A stretch of 64,000 bases of DNA from Lama guanicoe (Eukaryota): the NCBI GenBank assembly GCA_013239625.1, contig MU053934.1, positions 1,457,285 through 1,521,284 on the forward strand, given 5' to 3'. Below are positions 38,521 through 52,502 of the stretch, piece by piece. The position numbers were made by a program, and so were the translations under genes. Every line of letters begins with the position of its first letter. Within the stretch, counting starts at the first letter, position 1. The notes under the pieces were generated by a model. It was not told the origin of the DNA and made no database searches. It was given only the letters and a program-made list of their open reading frames with translations.

Positions 38521-39389
38521 TGATCCACTCACCTGGATCCTGAGTCAGACAACCCAACTGCTACAAAATACTTTTAAGGCCTTTGGGAAATTTTTAATGT
38601 AAACTGTACATTAGATGATACGAAGAAAATAGTGTTCATTTTATTAGCTGTGCTAATAGCACTGTGATTCTTTATAAGAAAATGGCCATAATATTTTTGG
38701 TATATTGCATTAAATATAAAACTAGCAATATATAATAATAAACAATATAAACTATAATATAATATTTAAAATATAAATATAAATAATTTATATTATTTAT
38801 ATTGCTTTTATAAGCAATAACTATAAAAATTGTGTTCATTTTATTAGGTGTGCTAATAGCACTGTGATTCTACATAAGAAAATCACCACAATATTTTTGG
38901 TGTATTGCATTAAATAAAATATGTCATCAAAAAAAAAAGAAAATGGCCATTTTTTAGGAGTACATAACAAGGTATGATGGGATGAAATGCTATAGTGTCT
39001 TGGGTTTACTTTCAAGTATTGCAACTGGGAAAAATGAAAAAAAATGGATAGAGCAAATGTAGTAAAAACACTAATTATTGGTGAATATACTCACTGTACT
39101 GAATTCATTATATGCACTGATAGTCACTGTACTATATCTCAACTTTTGCGTATGTTCAAGTTTTTTATAACTGTTTTTAAAAATCTGGCTACCCTTTTAT
39201 GACCTCCGTGAAACTCCACGTTAAACACAGAAGACTGAGAGAAATTGTGTTGCGAATACAAGAAAAGACAATGACCGGATTGTCCTCGAAGGTTTGTTCC
39301 TGCCTCCCTCTCCATCCTGCTGTTTTCCTACACATATGCTCTAACCCTGCCATCCCAAAACACACCTAGTTCCCCAAACAGACCATGCT

Positions 39390-39810
39390 CCTTCATGCCA
39401 CCCCCTCTAAAAGATTCTGCATTTTCTATGCCTTTACCCAGTGGTTTCTTCCAACACCTTCCTCAACACCATCTATTCATCTGGTCTACCTCCACATGTC
39501 AGCTCAAGTGTCAGGTCATCAGTGAGGACTTCCCTGACCCCACCAGCTATGTAGAATGGACCCTCCCTCTCTGTAGTGCCCGTTGTGCCTTGTGCAATGA
39601 TTATTACCGTATGTATCACAATGTATTGGAATTATGTATCTTCATGCCTGATTTCCCCACCAGGCTGACAGCTTCTTGAGAAAAAAAGATTTCTCATACA
39701 TCTCCATACCCAGCGATTAACACAGGGTTTGGCACATGGTTAAGTGCTAAATAAAGGTTTGTTGAATAAATAAATGAATAATTGAATGAATGAATAAATG
39801 AATGAAAAGA
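39390..39810 (+). mobile_element. L2 3' end
   Basis: Ends in ggcacatggttaagtgctaaataaaggtttgttgaataaataaatgaat and (TGAA)n. Confidence 0.75.
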
Positions 39811-41865
39811 TCTATACACCTGATTTCAATCTATTGATCAGATAGAGATGAGATCTGGAAGAGCTTCAGTTTACCAAGTGATTTCCGCAACCCAGCCATG
39901 CCCCGCCTTGCCATCTGAGTCTCCCTTGGTCTAAATATGAGATCATTGCAAAGGCAAATATTCCAGGACACTAGGACAAAGCACCAAGTGCCATTCCTTT
40001 ACAGGGCTCACAAATAAGCACCAAAAACAATTCTTTAAGAGGAACTGCAGAAATTGTCTCAGAATTGACTTGGAAAGGATGGCTTTGTTGGCAGCTACCA
40101 TTCTGTACAGGTAGCACTCAAACTAAGAGGGCTATGTCATAGGAAGGTGGATTTGGGCTCAATATTAAGGAAAGTTCCCCATTTTCTGAAGAAGTTCCCC
40201 ATTTATTCAAAAGTCTACAATTATGTACCAAGCACCTACTGTTCCAGGTGTTGCATTACTACAAGGAACAGCATGGAAACGTAACTATCCTTGGAGATGA
40301 TATTCTGGATAAGCCAAGGCGAAGTCTGGGTGATTCCAAGAATACTGAAGAATAGATCCTTTCAATCTAGACCCCCAGACATTGGACCAGGTAATCTCTA
40401 AAGTTCCTTCCAGCTACAAGATCTGTTCTTCTTGTCCTGGTTGTTTCCCAGTTATCAATTTCACAAAGGACAAGTGACTTCCAGGGCTCTTCTAGGGAGA
40501 TTAGAGAAGAAACTTGATGTCCGCTATCAAAGAATATAAACTTAATTATATCTCAACAAAGAGATGGAGGGAGAGAGAAGCAATGAAGGAGAGAGAGAAA
40601 GAAGGAAGAACCTTGGGGATAAGAACCCAGACAGGCAGTCTGAGCAGCAGATCTGTAGGGCAAGGGCAGAAAAGGGATAGAAATTAAGGCCACTGGTGTC
40701 ACGCAGGTGAGAGATGATAGTTAGGGTAGTGAATGAACACAGACCCGGAAACAGCTGGGGGGAAAATATAAACTTAAGAAAGTAAGAACCATGTGCCTCT
40801 GGTCTGCCACTATATTCAGAACTTGACACATAAGAGAGACTCAATACAAAACTGAATAAATAAATGAATAATGAAAGTGGGTGGGAGGGGATAAAAATAA
40901 GAGAGCCATTATAGCTGGAGGGATTGGGGTGAGGGGAGCACTGTGTACGTGAGAGATATGAAGAGTACAAGAAATAAGAATAAAGGAGTTTAAGATGTTT
41001 TGCTGTGCCTTTTCATGTCAATTTGCTTTGTCACTTTCTCAAGAGGATTGCAATAAAAAATTAAATTGCCTGTTCAATTACTTTTGGATTCTGGTCTGAC
41101 CATTCTTTGCCTGAGATTCCTGTTAAGAATAGATAAAAAGTGGCTACAATTTAGATGAGTTATGATGTTTTCAACATCATAGGAGACCATAACATTAGCC
41201 AATTGGCAATGATATCTTTGAGATGCCAGTCTCGTGTAAAATAATTCCATAGAATTGGCTCGACATACTGCAACCTTAAAAGTCATTCCTGAGGTTCATT
41301 GGTCTACAACGGCTTGCTGTCTGGTCCTGTTAGATTGTCCAAGTTTCCTTTTTGTGTTCTATTCATGCCACTGCTAAGGCAGGATGTACTGGATTAGGGA
41401 AGGACCAATGGGAAGATCTGTTGTGTGGTTTTGATTGGCAGTGACATGTACAGCACCTTGTGATACCAAAGGCCCCAGTAGCTCACGCAGCCTGCATTGT
41501 CTAGAGCAGCTGGAGTGGACGTCTTGGGTGGGTTTGCAACAGAAGTTAATTGTGCTGCACACACCTGGCCTTTGATTTCTCCAGGGGGTCAGCAGGCCAC
41601 TGGGTTGGGCGACCTCTCCACTAGTGGGCACCAAAAATACTCCTGCCCTTCCATCGTCCTCTTGCTGCTGAGATCCAAGTCCTGCTCCATCATTCCACTA
41701 AGTGACCAGAACCTTCAACATTTTCTGTCACTTCAACACAAAATAGAACCTGAATTAATTCATACAGAAGTCCCAAGAGTTAGCCATAATTGACCTAATT
41801 GTGTAGATCCCACTAGAAAAGAGAGAAACATGATTCTTAGATCCCATTTTCCAACAACTCTGTTT

Positions 41866-42260
41866 TAGACTGTGTTCTCCAAAATATTTTTTTGAAGTCC
41901 TAACACAAAATGTGACTGTATTTGGAGATGGGTACTTTAAGGAGGTCATTAAGGTTAAATTAGGTCATAAGGGTGGGGCCCTGACCCAATAGGACTGGCA
42001 TCACAAGAAGAGGAAGAGACATCAAAGATTCTCTCTCTCTCTCTCTCTCTCTCAGCACCTGCACAGAGAAAAAGTCATGTGGGGATACAGCAAGAAGGCG
42101 GCCATCTGCAAGCCAGGAAGGGAGCCCTCATGAAGAAACCAAATCAGCCGGAACCTTGATCATTGACTTCTGGCTTCCAGACCCATGAAAAAATAGATGT
42201 CTGTTGTTCAGGCCACCAGCCTGCGGTCCATTGTTCTGGTAGCCAGAGCAAACTGACACC
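41866..42260 (+). mobile_element. MaLR LTR (MLT1A/B-like)
   Basis: aatgtgactgtatttggagatggg, ggtcataagggtggggccctga, gccatctgcaagccaggaagggagccctca. Confidence 0.82.
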
Positions 42261-43564
42261 AGCACCTTCCTAATGTGACCCTCTGGATCTTTGCCCATCC
42301 CACCTCTCTGCACTTAGGACCCTTTCTTGGTTTAGGTGCATCAGCACCACTTAAATCTCTGAACAAGCATCACCGTCTCCATCAAAACATCCCTGACTAT
42401 CCTTACCCTGGCCCTGTACAGACATCAGTAATCATGACAGCAAAAACAGACATTTATTGAGCACTGACTGTATGTAACCAGGCACTCTGCCGTGCATGTG
42501 TCATTTAAACCTCCCGGCCACTCTTAGATAGGCACTATTTCCATCCACACTTTACAGGTGAGGAAACCAAGGTTGCCATAAGCACCTTGCCCAGAGAAGA
42601 AGCAGGGTCCAGATTCGAACCCTGGCTGGCAGTCTGACTCCAGAGCCTGCAACCTTGCCCAATCTCATGGCACAGGAACACCTGATCACCTGACCTGACT
42701 GTCACTTAGATTCCCTCCTCCAACCATCTCCGGATTGTGAGCGCTGCAGGGGCTGGGTCCTTGTCAGACCCGCCTCTGCATCTCCGTATCTCCAATGCCT
42801 AGCCCAACGCCTGGGGCATCTTGGACCTCACAACGGCTTGAGGAGCAAATGAACAAATGATCGAACAAATGAATGAATGAATGCTTCAAACTCACACTGG
42901 TAGCCACCTGTCACGGTGATCAGAAAATCTGCAGTCCCTTTGACTGTGGTTATTAACAAAGAATCTCAGTGTGGGCTAATGAAAGTGACAGCGTGTGCCG
43001 TCTGTCCACACAGCCTCCCTCTGTCTCCATGTATGCACGTCTTGGTGAACAGATAACTCACGCTGAGATTTACTTAAAAGGCATTTAACTCGACTCACAC
43101 GTCTGGCTACCAAGCCTATTACTTGCAGTAATCTATTCCATGCATTACCATTTTGATTTCCAGCGCGGAGAGACGGTGCTGGGTTGGTAGGATTTTTTTT
43201 CTCCCTTTCGCCAGTTGAGTTACTGTCTGCTTTTGTGGAATAAATTGCTATAAATTGAGTTACCCGCACTCTAAAATGGGGAAATATATTCTCGATGCTA
43301 TATGGGCAGCTGACAACATTATGGAAATACACAAAGTGTGTGTCCAAGTTTATGCGAATGGTGATGAGTTGTGACGGATGTTGGGAGAAGGGCGGGGTGT
43401 GGGGGGGATGGCGGTGGCCTCGGGCAGAGAGACACTGCAGCTGGGTTCAGCCTCTAGCAAGGGAGTTTTAGAGATGGAACGCCAGGAAGATGAGAGTTAT
43501 GAGGATAAGCAAGGGGGCAGATCACTGGAAAAAACCAACTTGGGAAATAAGATAAAACCAGCCT

Positions 43565-44010
43565 AGTAGGGACACTGCTGGCGCCCCACCCATACTCCCT
43601 TACATGGCTCTTACCTGTCCTGTGTACACATCTTGTAGCTTCTAGGTGCTTTGCTTCTAAAGGTTGCACTGGCAAACTCTCTTCAGAAGCCTGCCCTTGG
43701 GCTACTGGAGTGGCTTTGCAACTCTGCAGCCCCCTGAAGGCAGCTCCTGGCCAACAATTGCCTGGTGCGACAGTATGAAAGACCAGCGATCTCGCTCTGG
43801 GTGAGGAAGTGCTCTGAGGTCTAATATCCCCTCCGGAGCCTCCCATGGAATCAGACGGATGAAGGGGCTTCGCCCAAAGTCGCACTTTTGCTTGGCTTCT
43901 TTCCCTTCCCTGCCCTCCTTCCTCGACCTGCTTACAGGTTTCTCCTGGGAGCATCTCCTTAATGAACCATGTGGACACAAGAGTTTGTCTCAGAGTCTGC
44001 CTCTGGGAGA
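43565..44010. mobile_element. ERVL-type LTR (LTR16/LTR33-like)
   Basis: acaggtttctcctgggagcatctccttaatgaacc...tctcagagtctgcctctggga end motif. Confidence 0.6.
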
Positions 44011-45489
44011 GGACACAGCGTTTGTCGTCAGGAGACCTCTACCAGTTGTGAGGGTCTGTGGGAGTGGATGGTGGGGAATCCGGAAGCTGATGGGCAGCAG
44101 TGCCCAGGGGAACAGAACGGGAGCTGAGGGCAGCAGGGCAAATCTCCAGAAAATCCACCCGGTCAGCTCCATCCGCCAGGCCGAAGTTCAGGAGGGCAGA
44201 CGATGACACTCGGAAGCAGATGCGAACCTTCCTGACTCCTTTTTCTCCTTCCCTCCACATCCCCCTAAACCAATGCTCCACAATCCAAAGGGGCCAAAAA
44301 TAGCAACTCTCAGTAGAAAAAAAGAGAAGGACCAACGGCCTCCCATTGCCGGAGCCCTGTCCGCACTTGGCCCCAGCGGGATGGAGGAGGGAGGCGTCTT
44401 ACCTTGAAAACACACTGAAATGCTGACTAATGGGTTGGACTGTACATTCCAATTTCTAAACCAAGGTTCTATTTCCTACCTTAAAGCGACCACAGGGGTT
44501 TCTCTTGCCTCTTCTGACCAGCGGAGCCATGCAGACCCCCCCAGAGTTTCCCCCCAGGGCCGAGAATGGGATAGCTCTTCTCAAGCCAGGATTAGAGGGA
44601 CAGGGGGAGACAGTAATAGAGTAGCTTTTAGAATCATATCTCATAGGTCCTGAATGTTCAACACACCAGTACACATCTAACAGACATTCGCCATTGGTAT
44701 TATTGTTACCGTTTGTACTGTAATTGAGTTGCTGGATATAATGGTTTCTCACGCCCCTAAGACAGACATGTCCATAGGAACACTCTGGCGAGAATGGAGG
44801 CAGAAAGACCAGTTCAGAGGCAGCTGCAGGGAGAGATGACGCAGCCAATGACGAGATTGGCTAACCAAAGCCATTTGTGTTCCCCTTACCCCTGCCTACC
44901 TCTGTTGAAGAGCCTGGGAAGTGAAATATTCACCTCCCCAGATGCTCCTGCTGCTGGGGGAGTCATGGGACATGGTTCCAGCCAATGAGATGTAGGTGGA
45001 AGACCCCAGGGAGGGGTTTCCTTCCCAAACAAAAGGACAAAGGCTCTCAATGAGAAGGAGTGATGGCCTGGAATGTGGAAGTGATGCTTGGAGAAGCAGC
45101 AGCTATCTTGTGACCATGAGAACCAATGCCAACACTAAGGATGGGGGAAGAGAAAAAGGAGGAGGAGCCAGAGTCCCTGATGACATCCTTGGGCTTCTGC
45201 TCCAATTCTGAACTACCTGCCCCAGACTTCTTTTTGCGCCCCCTCCTGGTTGAGAAGGTCCAATACATCCATATGACAACCAGGTACTGAGCCCCAGACC
45301 CAGAGCCAGGTGCTTTGCGTAGCTGAGCTCATTTAGTACTCCCGACACTTACCGAGGAAGGTCTCACCGTCCCAACTGTATAGCTGAGGCACGTGAGGCT
45401 CACAGAAGCCACACAGTTCGCTTAGAATCATCCAGGAGATACACAGCAGAGTCCAAACTCAAACCCAGGAAGTCTGCCTGACTTTTAGG

Positions 45490-45760
45490 TTAATTTTATT
45501 TTTTTAATTGAATTATAGTCGATTTACAATGTGTTAATTTCTCATAGTGATTCATTTATACATATACATATTCCTACTCATATTCTTTTTCATTATAGGC
45601 CATTACAAGGTACTGAATATAGTTCCCTGTGCTATACAGTAGGATCTTTTTGTTAGTCCTATTGGTAGTATCTGCAAATCCCAAACTCCCAATGTATCCC
45701 TCCCCACCCTCTTCCCCCACTGGTGACCACAAGTTAGTTTTCTACGTCTCTAAGTCTGTC
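45490..45760 (-). mobile_element. L1 3' end
   Basis: Reverse complement of the L1 3' UTR (gaatatagttccctgtgctatacagtagga, tggtgaccacaagttagttttctacgtct). Confidence 0.82.
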
Positions 45761-47451
45761 TTAAGCTTTTCTGGCTTTTATAGCAATTACCGCTCTAACC
45801 AGACCTAAATTCGAGGAAACGTACATACTTCTAAGTGGGCCTGCAGTGACCCCTAGTGGAAGTGTTAAGGAAGGCCTCAAAGAGCGCCAAACCTCTGATG
45901 GCTGCCGGCACAACGTAAAGCCGGGCAGGCCAATTTGGCCAACGGCTTCCCAGGAGTTTCTCATCAGCCCCACCCTCCAAATCCAGAGTTGTAGAATTAT
46001 TCGTAGAGGCTCAGAGATCACCGTTTAGATGAACAGGTACTTGTAGTTGGATTTGAGGTAAATAACTTTACCCTTCTGCGCTTCAGTTTCCTTGTCTGTA
46101 AATATCTTCATGTGATTAAATTGTCTACTTCAGAGGGTAGTTCTAAGGATTAAGTAAGATGACTCACGCGTAAGTGCTTTATACGAAGGGCAGTTTGCTA
46201 TGAGACTGATGCGCTGCCCACTGCACTAAGAGGGCACTAAGGGCAGTTTGCTATGGACATTACTTTTTAAGGAAAATGTACTGACATTGACATAAAGTCT
46301 CCGCTTCTGAATCAGCTCTTCTGAAGACATCACCTTTTACCAGCCCCACAAGAAGGGCCACCCAAAGCCCCAGTTACACGGTTCAGGGTAGAAGGGCGTG
46401 TGTCTACCTCATGCACAGCTCAGCAGACCCCAGAAGAGTGACGTGGGAGTTAGAGCACCCCCAGCATTGTCCTGTCTCACGGGTCATCACAGGCTTTAGA
46501 AAAAAAACCTCTGGGTGAACGAGTGATTGGAGAGGACCCCTACCCAGGTATGAAATGGCTGAAGCTAAGGGAATCTTTGTTTTCTCAAAGTATATTTTGA
46601 CATAACGTCAGATTTAGAAAGAAGTTGCAGGAACAGTGCAAGGAATTCTCAGGTTCTCTTCATGCAAATTCCCTCCATGTGCACCTGTTCCACGTGTGCT
46701 GCGTCCTTCTCTCTCTCTCGATAGGTGTGAGTGTGCGTCGTCTTCTGAACCATCTGGTGTAAGTGGCAGGCATGAGGCTCCCTTGTCCCCAAGTCTTCAG
46801 TGCATATTTCCAAAAAACAAGGACCTGCTCTTATATGATCACAGTTCAATTATCAAAATCGGGTGATTTACATAAACGCAACACTATTATCTACTCCATG
46901 AACCTTGTATCAGTTTCACCAATTGCCCAGTAATGTCATCTGTGCAAAAGAAGATCCAGGATCATGCACTGCACTGTACTGTTAAGTCTTTTTAGTCCTG
47001 GTGAATCTGGGCCAGTTCCTCAAACTTGTGCGTGTGTGCATGCGTTTACATGCACACTGCACAACACTGACTTTGTAAAGACTTTTTCTTTACAGCTGTT
47101 TCAGGTTTACAACAAAATTGAAAGGGAGGTACAGAGATTTCCTGTCTCCTCCCTGGCATTGAGCTTTTTTTACGATTATGGGCTGGTAGTACTGTAGAAT
47201 GTCCTTCCTTTGGGGTTTGTCTGATGTGTCCTCTTTATTCGATTTGGGTTATGCATCTTTGGTAAAAAGAACAGACGAGTGATGTTTTTCTTCTCAGAGC
47301 CTCATATTGGAAAGCATGTGACATCAATTTGTCCCACTGCTGGTGATGTTAACTTTGATCCCCTGGCTAACGTGGCATCTGCCAGGTTGCTCCACTGTAA
47401 TGTTACTGGTTTTTCCATTGTAATTAATAAGTATCTTGTCATGAGCTATTT

Positions 47452-48165
47452 TCTTTATTATTGAACTGCAGTTGATTTACAATGTTGGGTTAGTTTCTGG
47501 TGTACAGCATAGTGATTGTTACACATACATGTATATTATTTTTCATATTCTTTATCATTATACGCTATTACAAGATACTGAAGTTAGGTCCCTGTGCTAT
47601 AGAGTAAGATTTGGGATTTGTTTTTCCATTTTATATATGGTAGTTTGCATCTGCAAATCCCAGACTCCTAATTTATCTCTCCCTCCCTTTCCCCCTTGGT
47701 AACCACAAGTTTGTTTTCTATGTCTGTGAGTCTCCTCCTATTTAGTAAACAAGTTCATTTGTGCCATTTTTTTTAGAGTCCACATATAAGTGATATCATA
47801 TGATATTTGTCTTTCTCTATTTGACTTACTTCACTTGGTATGATAATCTGTAGGTCCATCCATATTGCTGCAAATGGCATTATTTCATTATTTTTTATGG
47901 CTGAGTAGTGTTCCATCATATAAATATACCACAACTTCTTTATCCAGTCATCTGTCGATGGACATTTAGGTCGCTTCCATGTCTTGGCTATTGTAAATAG
48001 TGCTGCTGTGAACATTGGGGTGCATGTATCTTTTCAAATTAGAGTTTTCTCTGGACATATGCCCAGGAGTGGGATTGCTGGATCATATGGTAAGTTTATT
48101 CTTAGTTTTTTAAGAAATCGCCATACTGTTTTCCATAGTGGCTGTACCGATTTACATTTCCACAG
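47452..48165 (-). mobile_element. Younger L1 3' end including ORF2 C-terminus
   Basis: Minus-strand ORFs translate to L1 ORF2 C-terminal peptides ([62 protein letters not shown]). Confidence 0.92.
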
Positions 48166-48321
48166 ATAGATACAATTTAAATGTTCAACATGATTTAATG
48201 AATAATGAAAATGAATGAATAAAATTTGGTACACTGCCACCATAGAATACTATGCAACTCGAAAAATAAATTACCTGGATATATATGTGTCAACACAGAT
48301 AGCAAAGACAAAATAGCAGCT

Positions 48322-48460
48322 TGGTTTTTTGGGGTTGTTTTTGTTTTTTGGTGGAGGGGGGAAATAATTAGGTTTATTTATTTATTTTTAATGGAGGTAC
48401 TGGGGATTGAACCCAGGGCCTTACGCATGCTAAGCAGGCACTCTACCACTGAGCTATAGT
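48322..48460 (-). mobile_element. tRNA-Ala-derived SINE (Vic-1-like)
   Basis: ggaggtactggggattgaacccagggccttacgcatgctaagcaggcactctaccactgagctata. Confidence 0.88.
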
Positions 48461-50395
48461 TACTCTTACCCTCTTTTTCACTCTCTTACTCTCTTTCTTT
48501 TTCTCTCTCTTCCTCCCAATCCAACTAGAGATTTATCCATTTTATTGATCTTCTCAAAGGATGACCTTTTGAAAACACACCTTTTCTTTGGAGTAATTCT
48601 AGACTGACAGAAAACTTGCAAAGATAGCACAGAAAGTTCTCACCCCACACACACACACAGTTTCAATTTCCCCTTATGTTATTCTCTCATATTACTCTCA
48701 AATGTTTGTCAAATCTAAGAAGCCCACATTGATACATTAACTATTAACGAAACTCTAGACTTTGTTTCTTCCAGGTTTTCTATTAATGAATGTCCTCAAT
48801 CCATTCCAGAATACCACTTCGAGTTTTGTTGTGTTAGTGTCTTCTAGTCTGTGGCCGTTTTTCAGTCTTCCCTGGTTTTTCATGACCTGACAGTCTTGAG
48901 GAGTACTGGTCATGTATTTTGGAGAATGCCCCTCAATTGGGGTGTGTCTGACGTATTTTCCTGTGACTCGGCTGGGGTGACGGATTTGGGGGAAGAGTCC
49001 CACCAGGTGAAGTGTCCTTCTCGTCCTGTCATATCAGAGGTGACAGGCATCACACGGTTAAGGTGGTGTTTGTCAGGGCTCTACACTGACAGTTACTATC
49101 TTCTGTCTCCATACTATTCCCTTTGGAATTGAGTTGCTAAGTGTAGCCAACTCTTAAACAGAGAGTTGGAAGTTAAGTTCAACCTCATGGTGGGGTCGGG
49201 GAGAGGGGGGTGTCTGCATATTCTATGTGAGATTCTTCTACAATGCATACGTCTCTTCTCTCCCATTTATTTATCTATTTATTCACATCTTTCTGGACTC
49301 ATATACTTATTTTACAGTTTGGGATCCAATACGATATCATTTACTTTGGTGCTCAAATTGTTCCAGCTCTGACTGTTGGGAGCTCTTTCAGGTTGATGAT
49401 TCCTGTATCCTTTGATATGCCCTCTCCCCCACCCCCCTCTTTTTTAAACACTCTCCTGATTTTCTGGTTCTACAGACTATTCCAGACTTTTTCATATTTT
49501 CTCTTCCCCAGCCCTAGAATCAGTTTTCTAGTTTCATTTCTTTTCTCTATTTTTCTTCTGCTTCCCATTTGAGTGATCTCTGCCCTTCCCTTTATTACTT
49601 CCTCTCTTCTGCTTATTTTGAGTTTAATGTGCTCTTTTCCCCCCTAATGTCTTAAGGTGAAAGTTAATGTCATTGATTCAAAACTGAGACCTGGCTTTTG
49701 CTGATAGATGTATTTTAGGGCTATAAATTTTCCCCTAAGCACTACTTTAGCTGCATCTCACAAATTTTGATATGTTTTGTTTTTATTTTGATTCAGTTCA
49801 AAATATTTTCTAATTTCTATTTTTTTTCTGGACCTATGCATGATTTAGATGTCATTTCATCTCCAGATATCTGGGGACTTTCCAAGTATCTTTATGTTAC
49901 TGATTTTTAACTTAATTCCATTGTCATTAGAGAACATATTTTATATGACTTGAATCTTTTTAAAATGTATTAAGACTTTCTTTATGGCTTACTGTATGAT
50001 CTATCTTGGTAAATGTTCCATGTGCCTTTGTAACACATGTTTTGTTGCTGGGTGGAATGTTCTGTAAATGTCAATTAGGCCAATGAATATGCTCCAGTCT
50101 TTGGTGGCATTACTGATTTTCTACCTACTTATTCTATCAGTTATTGAGAGAGGGTTGTTGAAACCTCTGATTATAATTGTGTTCGTCTGTTTGTCCTTTC
50201 AGTTCTACTAGCTTTTGCTTCATGTATTTTGAAGCTCTGTTACTGAATCATAAACACTTAAGATTGCTATGTCCTCGTAACAAATTGACCTACTTATCAT
50301 TGTGAATCATCCCCCCTTTCTCTCTGGTAATATTCTTTACTCTGAAATCTACTTTGTATAAAATAAATAAAGTCATCCCAGCTTTCTTCAGAATA

Positions 50396-50730
50396 TGTCA
50401 TAGTCTGCTCAGGCTACTGCTACAAAATACTGTGGACTGGGTGGGTGAAACAACAAACATTTATTTTTCACAGCTATGGAGGCTGGATGTCCAAGATCAA
50501 GGTGCTGGCAGATCCAGTGTCTGGTGAGAACACACTTTCTGATTTGCAGATGGCCATTTTCTCACTGTGTCCTCACACGGCAGAGAGCAGAAGAAAGGAA
50601 GGAAGCTCTCACATGTCTCTTCTTACAAGAGCACTAATCCCATTCATGAAGGCCACACCTGCCTGCATGACCTTATTAACCTCCAAAGGTCCTACCTCCA
50701 AATATCATCCCACTGGGGATTCTGCATATG
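50396..50730 (-). mobile_element. MaLR LTR (MLT1A-like)
   Basis: gtctgctcaggctactgctacaaaatac...gtccaagatcaaggtgctggcagatccagtgtctggtgag...ctaatcccattcatga. Confidence 0.8.
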
Positions 50731-51157
50731 TTTTTATAAACTCACAATCCACTGTGACTACTTTTGCTTTAAAAAGCCAGTTTTCACTAAAAGAGATTTC
50801 AAAGAAAAAAAGCTTTCATATTTACACATAGTTACCACTCCCAATGCTGTTTATTCCTTTATGTAGATTCAGATTTCCAACTAGGATCATATGCCTTCCA
50901 TCTGAACGAATTCCTTTAACATTCTTGTGAAGGTCTACTCGTAATGAAGTCTTTTAGCTTCTGAAAGTATTTCTATTTCAAATCTTTATATCAGTTATAT
51001 TTTTATTTGAAAGGTATTTTTTGCTGAGTACAGAATTCTAGGTTGACTTTTTTTTTCCTCAGGACATTACAGATGGTGCTCCACTGTCTTCTAGTTGGCA
51101 CTGTTTCCAACAAGAAGTCTGATGTCATCTTTATCCGTGCTCCTTTTCATGTAATAT

Positions 51158-51713
51158 GTGTCTTGGGGTCCCAAAAATTACCCACATATTCAGAAATTTG
51201 TTGGAAGGACTCAGAAGGTTCACCACACAGATGTACACATGGCTAAGATTAATTATAGCAACAATATAGTAAGAATGCTCGGTAAGGGTGCATATTAAGG
51301 ACACATAGGGGAAAAGTCACAGAAACAGGCTGGAGGACCCATGTACAGACTTCCTTATGTTTTCTCTCCCATCCGTAGTCACACAGTGCACAGTTCCCTT
51401 GCAGTAAAAATGAAGGAATGTCGTGATGTTCCTGCCCAGAGAAGTCCAGTGGATGCTCAGAGTTCACATTAAGGGACTGGTCATGCCAACTCTGCCTAGC
51501 ATGTACTAAAATTCCAGCTCCCAAAGGGAAAGCAGGTATTCATCATAGACTGCACTGTTTGCACAAACAGCAGGGACAGTGAGCCTACCAGTTAGGAAAG
51601 GGTGGGAGCCCCCAAACTCCAACTTCACAGATACCAGCCAAGGGCCAAAATTGCATGTGGGCTTTTCTAAGGATAGTAGTCGTAGGCCTGTAAGGTTAAG
51701 TCTTTTCTGCACA
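51158..51713. mobile_element. MER21-like LTR
   Basis: tgtcttggggtcccaaaa...ggaaggactcagaa start and ataccagccaagggccaa...gcttttctaaggatagtagt...taagtcttttctgcaca end. Confidence 0.65.
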
Positions 51714-52502
51714 TAATGTCTTTTTCTATTTATGCCTTTAAGATTTTCTCTCTATCACTGATTTTAAGCAATTAGATAATGACATGCCTTGGTATCATTT
51801 TATGTCTGTGATTTTGGAAAATTTGGACATTTTTATACCAATATTTATTCAAAATTTTTATATCTACTCTCTGTCCTCTTTCAGGGACTCAAATTACACT
51901 TACATTAAGCTTACATTTTTCCCACAGCTCACTGATATTCTTCATTTTTAATGGAGGGATCTTTTTCTCTCTCATTCATTCTGCATAGTGTCTCTCCCTA
52001 CATCTTAAAGTTCATTTATCTTTTCAGTGTCTAATTGGCTATAAATCCCATCTACTACATTTTTCATCTCAGATATTGTAAATTTCATCTCTAGAAATTT
52101 TATTTATATCTCTTTTTCTCAATGTTTTTGACATCTTTATTGAAGTATAATTGACATACATTAAACTACACATATTTAAAGTGTGATATTTGATGAAGTT
52201 TTGACATATGAAAACATCAGTGAAAAATCATAATCAAGATAATAAAATAATACAGAGTGCACCCACAGATCACAATGGATTCAAACTAGAAATCAATAAC
52301 TGAAAGATAACAGAAAAATCTCCACATGCTTGAAAACTAAGCAACATACTTCTAAATAATCATTAAGTCAAAGAGGAAGTTTAGAGAAATAAGCAACTAC
52401 ACTGACTGAAAATACAACATGTTAAAATTCATAGGGCACAGCTACAGTAGGGACATGAGGCAAATTTATAGCACTAAATGCATACATTAGAAAGGAGGAA
52501 TG

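Larger units (their letters stand above)
46585..52500 (-). mobile_element. Nested cluster of old L1MC/L1M fragments, mostly antisense
   Basis: L1MC-like 3' motifs at 46.6-47.4 kb and 48.6-49.5 kb, ORF2 antisense remnants at 49.5-52.1 kb, and a short sense ORF2 piece at 52250-52500. Interrupted by younger elements. Confidence 0.7.
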
